Of a stretch of DNA of 64,000 nucleotides, positions 10,197 to 18,800 are shown piece after piece. The notes beneath the pieces were generated by a model. It saw only the letters and a list, made by a program, of their open reading frames with translations. It did no database searches and had not been told where the DNA came from. Positions within the stretch are counted from its first letter, which is position 1. Each line of letters opens with the position of its first letter. The DNA comes from Acidimicrobiia bacterium (lineage in GTDB: Bacteria; Actinomycetota; Acidimicrobiia; IMCC26256; PALSA-610), in assembly GCA_038238245.1 (NCBI GenBank), contig JBBRXX010000027.1, positions 154 to 64,153 of the forward strand. The letters are read 5' to 3'. A program made the position numbers and the translations under genes.

Positions 10197-10910
10197 CTAC
10201 TGCTTGACGGGCTTGTCGGCGTCGATGTCGATCTGTTCCTTGCGGACCGTTTCCGAGACCTTCTTGTCCTCGGTCACGGTGTCCTTGGCGAGCCTGACCC
10301 GCTCTTGGGGCACGACCCGCTTGGACACGACGACCTCTTCGGCGTTGAGCACCATCTCGTGCTCACCTTCGGAGATCTCGGCGCCGTCCATCGCCTTGGC
10401 CCGGTTGGCGTCGGTGATGTCCTCGCGTTCGAGACGCATCTCCTCGTGCTGCACCGGCACGGTCACGTTGACGTCTTCGGTCACGACGCGCTTGACGAGG
10501 CGGACGCGACCGGCTTCCTTCTTCTGCTTTGCGATGCTGAGCTCCTCTTCGGAGCGGGTCATCGCGTCGTCGCGAGCCTCGGTTTGCGCGGGCGCCGCTT
10601 CATCCTCGAGGCCGTAGTAGCGGTACAGCTCGCCTTCTTCGGACGGCTCGAGGTGTCCATCCGGATCGACCTTGGGCGCGCCCTTGACCTCATCTTTGGA
10701 GTAGGCGAGCTGGAGATCGTCACCGGCAGCGCGGGCGCCGGCAATCGGTGCGAAAGTCTCCTTTGAACCGAACAGACCGGTCGTGATCGTCACCCACTCG
10801 GGCTGGCCGGTTTGATCGTCGTTGTAGAGCGCAGCGATCTTGCCGATCTTCTGCCCATCGATGTCGATGGCCTGATGACCAATCCATGCGTCGTAGTCGA
10901 GTTTCGTCAT
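10197..10910 (-). CDS. PRC-barrel plus DUF2382 (YsnF/AvaK-like) stress protein
   Basis: DGQKIGKI..YNDDQTGQPEW..TGLFG; MTRSEEEL, GRVRLVK, VPQERVRL; RBS before ATG 10910. Confidence 0.9.
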   Translation of the reverse strand: MTKLDYDAWIGHQAIDIDGQKIGKIAALYNDDQTGQPEWVTITTGLFGSKETFAPIAGARAAGDDLQLAYSKDEVKGAPKVDPDGHLEPSEEGELYRYYGLEDEAAPAQTEARDDAMTRSEEELSIAKQKKEAGRVRLVKRVVTEDVNVTVPVQHEEMRLEREDITDANRAKAMDGAEISEGEHEMVLNAEEVVVSKRVVPQERVRLAKDTVTEDKKVSETVRKEQIDIDADKPVKQ

Positions 10911-11385
10911 GACTTCCTTCCGGGATTTGCAGTACGGCTCCAAGAGCCGCACCGAGGTTTCGGGTAGCGAAATTCGCAACGGGGGCTCGCACCGCTTCGC
11001 GCGCCCGCGCATCACTGGCGCGTCTCCATCCGACGCGGCGTCCGAGTCGACGAGGCGGTAAAAGGTGCCGAGCAGAGCTGCTTCACCTTCGGTGAGTCCG
11101 ATCTCGGCGTTCACGCTCGGGGCATCCAGCACGAATGCCTTCTCGAACGGTACGGAGACATCGTCGCCGTGCCTGACTGCATGGACGATCGGAACGATCC
11201 TCTCCCGAATGCCGAACACGCCGGTGTGGACGAGCACCCACGCGGTTTGGTTCGTCACTTCCTCGACGTAGACCGCAGCGATCTTGCCGATCTTGTCGCC
11301 CCGACGGTCCACAAGAACGCGGTCATGCCAAACGTCTGCATCTCCCAAACGCTGACCGTTCACCTCAGACGACGAAGACAGTGAT
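10911..11385 (-). CDS. Additional PRC-barrel domain, in frame with the downstream PRC/DUF2382 gene
   Basis: DRRGDKIGKIAAVYVEEVTNQTAWVLVHTGVFG..VLDAP; no stop before 10910; start uncertain. Confidence 0.6.
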
Positions 11386-11510
11386 ACGTCAGCGACCCTC
11401 CGCGGTGATGCGATGTGATGTTTGGAATGGCGAGCGAGACAGGCCAGTAGTCGGCACACATGAGGAAAAACGCGTGACGGCACTCTCCATGACGCGCGTT
11501 TCGAAGAAAT

Positions 11511-12728
11511 GTGGACGGGCACTCTTTCTGTGTGGACCAGACACTCAGTGGCATCTCACCCGCCTCGGCCACTGCGCTCAGTGGAGTCATCCGACGTGTC
11601 GTCGCGGCCCGGGTGAACGATCCCCACGACGTCGAGGATCTCGTGCAGGAGACCCTCGTCAAGGTCGCGGCCGCCGAACGGCGTCTCGGTCCCGACGCGC
11701 TCCAGGGTTACGCGATCGTGACGGCCCGAAACCTCATCATCGGCCGCGCGCGCCACGACGGGACCCACCGACGACACGTTCACCGCCTCGTCGACTACAT
11801 CGGCCTCGATGGCCCCGAAGAGCTCACACTGCAACGCGAAGAGACGGACGCGCTCGCAACCGCACTCACCCGGCTCGACGCCACCGACCGCGCGCTTCTC
11901 CTCGCACACGAAGTGGATGGGATCGACACCGCTGCGCTCTCGGACACCCACGACACCACGCCCGGCGCCATCGCGGTCCGGCTCGCACGCGCACGAGCGC
12001 GCCTCCGTGTCGAATTTCTTCTCGCATTCCGGGGCATCACGCTTCCCACTCCAAGATGTCGATCGGTGCTCCTGGCACTTTCCTCCGGCGACACGCGCCG
12101 ACAACGCTCGCTTCGCGCCGGCGACCACCTCCTCACGTGCTCCACGTGCGCGAGTTTGAGCGCGCCACTCGTCGAGCGGCGCCGCTCCATCGCCGGGTTC
12201 ATCCCTTTCCTCTTCATCAATCCCGTCAAGGCTTTGGGCCGCGTCGCCCGGAACGGCAAAGTCCAGATCGTCGCCGGTGTCACCACGGTCGCGGTAGGAA
12301 CGATTGCCGTCATCGCGCTCACGCAGCCTTCAGCGCGGCCAAGACCCGCTTCGCCCACGACAACCGTTGCCGCAACCTCGCCGGTCATGTCCGAAAAACG
12401 ATCTCTGCTTCCCATCCCCACCCAAGGCCTGACGCCATTCATCGGCCGACCCGTGCGAGCACGTGCGGCGCTGGTACTCGCGGTACGCGCCGACGAGGGT
12501 GCTTGGATCGGCAGCGACAAAAGCGCGCGAATTTGGGTCCAGTTCGATGGCTCAGGCGAATCGCCGTTCCACCTGCGATCCGGTCAGCACATCACCTTCA
12601 CCGGACGGCTCGTTCCCACCACGCCCGGCTTCGTACTGCGCGCCGGGATCCCGGAACCCGACCGCGCCGTCGTCCTCGCCCAAGGAGCCCACATCAGCGC
12701 ACACACTTCTACCGTGACCGTTTCCTGA
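11511..12728 (+). CDS. ECF sigma factor with fused zinc-binding anti-sigma motif, TM helix and extracytoplasmic domain
   Basis: DVEDLVQETL (region 2), GAIAVRLARARARL (region 4), HLLTCSTC (Hx3Cx2C), hydrophobic IVAGVTTVAVGTIAVIAL. Confidence 0.85.
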   Translation: MDGHSFCVDQTLSGISPASATALSGVIRRVVAARVNDPHDVEDLVQETLVKVAAAERRLGPDALQGYAIVTARNLIIGRARHDGTHRRHVHRLVDYIGLDGPEELTLQREETDALATALTRLDATDRALLLAHEVDGIDTAALSDTHDTTPGAIAVRLARARARLRVEFLLAFRGITLPTPRCRSVLLALSSGDTRRQRSLRAGDHLLTCSTCASLSAPLVERRRSIAGFIPFLFINPVKALGRVARNGKVQIVAGVTTVAVGTIAVIALTQPSARPRPASPTTTVAATSPVMSEKRSLLPIPTQGLTPFIGRPVRARAALVLAVRADEGAWIGSDKSARIWVQFDGSGESPFHLRSGQHITFTGRLVPTTPGFVLRAGIPEPDRAVVLAQGAHISAHTSTVTVS

Positions 12729-12808
12729 AGCGGCAGGCCTCCCGCCTCCTCAGCACCGATGCGACGTCTTCGCCGTCGCCCCGGGTCAAAGCCGTGTTGT
12801 GGCAGCTA

Positions 12809-13435
12809 TCAGTGGGGGCCGAGGAGGTCTTGTGCGGCGATCGTCGCGGCTTGGGTGCGGTTGTGCACACCGAGTTTGGCGTAGAGGCTGCGGAGTTGGG
12901 CTTTGATCGTGTTGTCGCTGACGTAGAGGTGCTCGGCGAGTTGTTGGTTGGTCATGCCCGTAGGAAGTAAGGCGAGGAGCTCGCTTTCTCGTTCGGTGAG
13001 GCCGATGTCTCGGCCTGGCCAGCGCAGCTCGGTGTCGATTGCACCGCGTTGCGTTTGCCGGTGCAGGATCACGCGCTCGCCGCGTGCTACGGCTCGGATG
13101 CCCTCGACGATGTCGGTTGTACTCACTGCTTTGGAGATGAACCCGCTCGCGCCGGCTTTGAGGACGCGTCGCACAAGGCCTTGCTGGTCGGAAAAACTGA
13201 AAACGACCACGGCTCCCGCTGCGGGGTCAGCGACAAGATCGGCCACCCGCTGTGCCACGTCTTGGGTATCGCCGTAGGTGTCGAGCAGGGTGACGTCGAC
13301 GCGACGTCGCGGCCGGCGTTTGATGTCGAGCTCTACAACGTGGATGTCCGAGGCGTAGGGGCGGAGGAGGGCCCGGAGCCCTTCGAGCACGATCTCATAG
13401 TCGTTCTCGAGCGTGACGCGTGTCGGCTTGGTCAC
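12809..13435 (-). CDS. NarL/LuxR-family response regulator, no adjacent kinase
   Basis: Receiver VTLLD..GASGFISK; HTH LTERESELL..TNQQLAEHLYVSDNTIK. Confidence 0.92.
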   Translation of the reverse strand: MTKPTRVTLENDYEIVLEGLRALLRPYASDIHVVELDIKRRPRRRVDVTLLDTYGDTQDVAQRVADLVADPAAGAVVVFSFSDQQGLVRRVLKAGASGFISKAVSTTDIVEGIRAVARGERVILHRQTQRGAIDTELRWPGRDIGLTERESELLALLPTGMTNQQLAEHLYVSDNTIKAQLRSLYAKLGVHNRTQAATIAAQDLLGPH

Positions 13436-13468
13436 GATCTGATCCTACAGTGCCACTCAGCGACAACT

Positions 13469-13480
13469 ACCCGATCGGGT
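13469..13480. promoter_or_regulatory. 12-bp perfect palindrome, candidate operator
   Basis: ACCCGATCGGGT in the divergent intergenic region, 34 bp from the regulator start. Confidence 0.45.
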
Positions 13481-13602
13481 GATTGAGAGTTGCTTGGGAT
13501 ATGCGTAAGTTGCGACCCGTGCTGGTCGATCCCTATGCCGAGTCGAGCTTCATTTGACTGTGCCGTGTCCTGACTTCGTCGTGGACGAACGGGGGCAGCT
13601 TT

Positions 13603-13926
13603 GTGACCTCGGAGCTATTTCGCGCGAGCTTCTACGATGACGGCAACGGCCGAGCTCGACTTGTGCTCGAAGGTGAGCTCGACATGGCCACGGCCCCGAC
13701 CCTTGCGGCGAGACTCGCCGAAGCGTGCAAAGACCAGCCCGCCGAGCTGCGGATCGATCTGACCGCGCTCGGGTACTGCGATTCCTCGGGACTTCGCGAG
13801 TTCGTCCGAGCGGCCGCCGTCTGTACCAGTAACGGCACCGACCTCAGAATTGTCGGCGCAAGTCGCGTCGTGCATGAAGTCTTTGCCATCACCGGCCTGG
13901 CGGACATGTTCGTCTTCGAGCAGTAA
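13603..13926 (+). CDS. STAS-domain anti-sigma factor antagonist (RsbV-like)
   Basis: GELDMATAP, DLTALGYCDSSGL, FAITGL. Confidence 0.92.
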   Translation: MTSELFRASFYDDGNGRARLVLEGELDMATAPTLAARLAEACKDQPAELRIDLTALGYCDSSGLREFVRAAAVCTSNGTDLRIVGASRVVHEVFAITGLADMFVFEQ

Positions 13927-13940
13927 GACCCGCCCGCAGG

Positions 13941-14282
13941 TCAGATGGGGAGGAACGCCCAGACGAGTTTGCCGTCGGAGTGCGTGTCGATGCCCCACTT
14001 CAACGCGACCGCTTCTACCAGCCGAAGGCCTCTGGAGTCCCGGGCAGGCGGACCGAGATCGGGTCGGCCGTCGCGGACCTCGATGCGTAGACCGGTGGCA
14101 TGGGGGACTGCAGACAAGCTGATCGGCGGCGACCCGTGCATCACGGCGTTGGTGACCAGTTCCCCGACAACGAGCTGCGCGACTTCGTTCGCCGTCAACG
14201 CCGCGAGCGCGTTCCTGGCGACGCGTGCCGCGGACCGGTCCGGCGGCAAGTCAACCTGCACATGCTTCGAAGTGAACATCAC
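13941..14282 (-). CDS. RsbW-like anti-sigma factor / HATPase_c protein
   Basis: ELVTNAVMHG, IEVRD, RGLRLVEA..WG..GKLVW. Confidence 0.9.
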   Translation of the reverse strand: MMFTSKHVQVDLPPDRSAARVARNALAALTANEVAQLVVGELVTNAVMHGSPPISLSAVPHATGLRIEVRDGRPDLGPPARDSRGLRLVEAVALKWGIDTHSDGKLVWAFLPI

Positions 14283-14484
14283 GGGGTCCGGCGTCGTCGA
14301 CAGAGACCCTTGCCGTACCCATTCGCGCGGTCAGCGAGTCCACCGCCGCGCGACCGGCAGCGATCCGCTCGAGAGCCCGTCACCCGTGCCTTCGATCCGC
14401 GATCGGCATGCGGGAACGGCGACCGTAACGGTTCTTTGCGAACGACCCGACCGTGTCGCGGCGTGGGTGGGGTACGACGATGCC

Positions 14485-15489
14485 GTGAACCCCATTGAGC
14501 GAGCCGTCAGAGTATTCGACCGTGCCCAGCAACGGAGCCGTTGGGGCGGCCTGGTATTCGGCGTGGTGAAGAAATACGGCGACGATCGGGGTCCGGCGCT
14601 GGCAGCGTTGCTCACGCACTACGGATTCATGTCGCTGTTCCCGTTGCTGTTGATCTTGACCACGATCCTGGGGTTCATCGGGAACGCTCGTATCGAACAC
14701 AGTGTCGTAGGTAGTGCGTTGAAACAGTTTCCCGTGTACGGCCAACAGCTCGGCGATGTCGCGCATCCGCTGTCGGGCAGCACCCTGGGGCTGGCGTTCG
14801 GTCTGTTCGGTCTTCTGTATGGCGCGCTGGGCGCCGCGCAGTCCGCGCAACATGCGATGGCGCAGGTATGGAACGTGCCTGGTGTGGTGCGCCCGGGCTA
14901 CGGTCCCCGTCTCGGGCGCGGGCTGGTGTTCTTCGGTGCGCTCGGGTTCGGAATCGCGCTGCCGGCCGCGCTCGCGGGCGTCGCGACCGCCAACGACCAG
15001 AGAATGGTCACCAGGGTGGCATTGTCGAGCGCGGGCCTGCTCGTGAATGTGAGCCTGTATGTGTTGGCGTTCCGCATCCTCACCCCCAAGATCATCGCAA
15101 CGCGTGATCTGGTGCCGGGCGCAGTGATCGGGGGAGTTGGATACACACTCTTGGTCACGGCCGGCACAGCGTTGGTGCAACATCAGCTCCGGCACGCGCA
15201 AGTCGTGTACGGGCAGTTCGGGTTCGTACTCGGACTGATCGGATGGCTCTATCTCGTGTCGCAACTCAGCTTGTACGCCGCCGAACTGAACGTCGTGCGC
15301 AGCCGACGGCTCTGGCCGCGCAGCATCGTTCAGCCACCCCTCACCGACGCCGACCAGCGCGTGCTCCACGACATCGCGCATCAAGAAGAACGCCGGCCTG
15401 AACAACGTGTCGGCGTTGGCTTCGGACCCGACGCCGGAGAACAAGCCGCCGATGACGCCAACGAACCACCGCCCCAGCGTTGGACCTGA
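14485..15489 (+). CDS. YihY/BrkB family membrane protein
   Basis: KKYGDDRG..AALLTHYGFMSLFPLLL; YGQFGFVLGLIGWLYL..AELN. Confidence 0.9.
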   Translation: MNPIERAVRVFDRAQQRSRWGGLVFGVVKKYGDDRGPALAALLTHYGFMSLFPLLLILTTILGFIGNARIEHSVVGSALKQFPVYGQQLGDVAHPLSGSTLGLAFGLFGLLYGALGAAQSAQHAMAQVWNVPGVVRPGYGPRLGRGLVFFGALGFGIALPAALAGVATANDQRMVTRVALSSAGLLVNVSLYVLAFRILTPKIIATRDLVPGAVIGGVGYTLLVTAGTALVQHQLRHAQVVYGQFGFVLGLIGWLYLVSQLSLYAAELNVVRSRRLWPRSIVQPPLTDADQRVLHDIAHQEERRPEQRVGVGFGPDAGEQAADDANEPPPQRWT

Positions 15490-15543
15490 CGCATCGCGGT
15501 GTACATGTGCCGTGTCGCCGCGATCGGGTTGTGTCCGAACAGT

Positions 15544-15636
15544 TCAGACGCCTCGTCGGCCTCGGCCTCGGTAGTAGAAGCCGCCCCCTCCGAACAACAG
15601 GACGACGATCAAGATGATCAGCAGGAGTGTGAGCAT
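15544..15636 (-). CDS. 30-aa small membrane protein (DUF3309-like)
   Basis: MLTLLLIILIVVLLFGGGGFYYRGRGRRGV with RBS gggagg. Confidence 0.75.
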   Translation of the reverse strand: MLTLLLIILIVVLLFGGGGFYYRGRGRRGV

Positions 15637-15720
15637 GCCTCCCGTATACCCGCCGGAGCCGGTCGCTGAGCATTTAGTTGACGTTTCGCGCCGCCGTCCT
15701 ACACGGTGCCTACGACCGTT

Positions 15721-15818
15721 GCCGACGTCTCTGCAAGATCGCAAGTGAACTGGATCTCGCGTAGCCTGGTTCGGTGGCCGAAAGATCTCCGTTCTTGCGG
15801 CGACTTCGGAACGCAGAT
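15721..15818 (+). repeat. 98-bp direct repeat, copy 1
   Basis: 95/98 identical to 25659-25756 by hand count; contains TANNNT-N6-GTG and 15 codons. Confidence 0.95.
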
Positions 15819-18800
15819 ATGGAGTGCGCGAGCTGCGGCAAGCCGAACCGTGAGGGCGCGCGCTATTGCGCCGGTTGCGGCGCACCGCTCGTCGAACGTT
15901 GCCCCACGTGCGGTACAGAACGCGAACCTGGGGCGCGGTTCTGCGACAGCTGTGGTTCGCAATTCTCTCCGGCGGGGGCAGTCTCCGGTAGGAGCACCCG
16001 CAAGACGGTAACCGTCGTGTTCGCCGATCTCGTGGGATCGACATCGCTCCAAGAGCGCACCGACGCCGAATCAGTTCGCCACCTCATGGAGCAGTACTAC
16101 GCGATCGTGCGCGCCGCGATCGAGTCGCACGGGGGCACCGTCGTCAAGCTGATGGGCGACGGCGTGATGGCGGTCTTCGGCGTCCCGAATGTCGCCGAAG
16201 ACGACGCGCTCCGTGCTGTGCGCGGTGCTGTCGCCGCCCAGGAAGCGTTTACCCGAATGGCGGGCGACGTCGCAGGACGCATGGGCGCGCTGGCTATGCG
16301 TGTCGGCGTGAACACCGGTGAGGTCGTCGTGAGTGAAGGCAATGACGATGTCGTCGGAGACCCGGTCAACGTCGCAGCACGATTGGAACAGGAGGCCGCA
16401 AACGGCGGCGTGCTCATCGGTGAGACAACGCGGCGGCTCGTGCACCACAAAGTGACGCTCGCGGCGGCGGGCGAATTGGCATTGAAGGGCCGGGCCGATC
16501 CCGTCGCTGCGTTTCGGGTGGTGTCACTGCAAGTGCCCAGCGCGCCCGCAGCAACTGTGTTCGTTGGCCGCGAGCACGAGCTCGATCGGCTCACCGCGGT
16601 GTACGCCGACGCCGTCGGAAGTGCGCACTCACGGCTCGCGATGGTGATCGGCTCGCCCGGGCTCGGCAAGTCGCGCCTGATCGGGGAAGTCGCGCACGAG
16701 GTGAGCGCTCAGTCGATCGTGTTGCTTGGTCGATGCGACCACGCGGGCGGCGCGACGTTCGCGCCCTTCGCAGATGCGCTGCGCTCGCTGACCGAGCTCG
16801 ACGAAGGTGCAGACGCCGACACTGCCCGCGAGGCGATCGCGCGGCTCGTTGGCGAGCGTGAACCTGAAGGCGACCGAATCATCTCGGGAGTGACGTCGTT
16901 GCTCGGTGGTGCCGCGCCGAGCACGGAGGAGGCGTTCTGGGCGGTTCGCCGATTCTTGCGCGTCTTGGCGCTCCGGCGGCCGGTCCTCCTCGTGCTCGAC
17001 GACCTTCACTGGGCCGAGCCATTGCTGCTCGACCTCATCGAGCACATTGTCGAGTGGAGCGACGACGTGCCGTTGTTCTTGCTCGGCGCGGCCCGGTCCG
17101 AGCTGCGCGACACCCGCGCCGCGTTGACCGTGCCGGGAACGACGGTCAGCGACATCGTGACGCTGGGCGGGCTCGACGCGCGCGCGGCCACGCGGCTCGC
17201 GGCCGACGTGCTCGGCGCGGACGAGCTGCCGGCGGCGGTAGCCGGGCACGTGCTCGCCGCGAGCGCGGGCAACCCCCTGTTCTTGCGCGAGCTCGTGCGC
17301 ATGTTGGTCGACGATGGCGCGGTCGTCCGGTCCGGCGACCGGTGGACCGCGACCGTCGAGCTCGCCGAGCGCGAGATCCCGCCGACGATCCAGGCGCTGC
17401 TTGCGGCACGTCTCGAACGCCTGCGGCCGGACGAGCGAACCGTGCTCGAACGCGCGGCCGTCGTCGGCGATCAGTTTTCGCGGGCGGCCGTCGAGCATCT
17501 CTTGCCAACGACCGTGCGTACCGATCTTGATGCGCATCTCGAGGCGCTGCGTCGACGCGAGCTCGTCGAGCGCGATACGGGCTGGTTTCTCGGCGAGCCC
17601 GTGTACCGCTTCCACCACGTCTTGATTCACGATGCCGCGTATCGCCGCTTGCTGAAAGGTGCACGTGCCGACTTGCATGTGGAGTTCGCCGATTGGCTGC
17701 AAGCCAGTGCAGGTGATGCGCTCGCCGAGCACGACGAGACGCTCGGCTGGCACCTCGAACAAGCACACCAACACTTACGCGAGCTTGGTCCGCTCGACGA
17801 GCGCGGCCGGGCGTGTGGTGTGCGTGCTGCACATCACCTCGCGACTGCGGGGCGCGCCGCCTTCGGGCGCGACGACGTCGCGGCTGCAGCCGGGCTGTTC
17901 GGACGCGCACTGGCGGGTATCGAGCGCGCCGACGACGAGCGCACCGAGCTCATGCTCGACTGGTGCGAGGCCTTGCTCGCGGTCGGGGATGTCAAGAACG
18001 CCGCTCGTGCGGTGGACGAGCTGCGGGAAGCGATTGGCGACTCCCGCCGGTTGCACGCGTGGCACGCGTGCCTCGCCGGACAGCTCGCAGTGTTGACCGC
18101 GCCGCAGCGCTTGCGCGAGACGGCAGACGATGTCGCGCAGGCGGCGGTCACGCTCGCAGCCGACAACGACGACGCGGGCGCGGCCACCGCGCACTGGGTC
18201 CATGCGCTCGCGCTCTCGCGCCTCGGCGAAGTCGGCGCGACCGAAGCGGCGCTCGACCGCGCGCTCGCCGCCGCACGCCGCGCGGGTGACAGGCGACGCG
18301 CGAACGCCGTGCTCGCCGAGGCGCCCCTTGCGGCGCTCGCGGGACCGAGCCCCGTGACTCGCGCCAGCGGTCGTTGCCTCGACGTCGTACGCGTGTTGCG
18401 CATCACCGCCGGCGCGCCGGCGGTCGAAGCGGTCGCGCTGCGGTGCCAGGCGGTGCTCGAGGCACTGCGCGATCGTGTGGACGCGGCCCGGCGCATGATC
18501 GACGCGTCGCGGCGTATCGTCGAGGATCTCGGTGTTGCACCGCGCATCCTCGAGACTGACATGTTCGCCGGCATGATCGAGCTGCTCGCGGGTGAACCCG
18601 TTGCGGCGGAACGCCTCTTGCGCACCGCGTACGACGGGTTTCGAAGCCGCGGGTTACGTGTCAGCGCAGCCCAATCCGCGGCGCTGCTCGCACATGCCGT
18701 GCTGGATCAGGGCCGCCCCGCGGACGCCGAAGCGTTGAGCATCGCGAGCGAGGAGCTCGCGGGCGACGATCTCAAGGCCGGCATCGCGTGGCGCGGTGTT

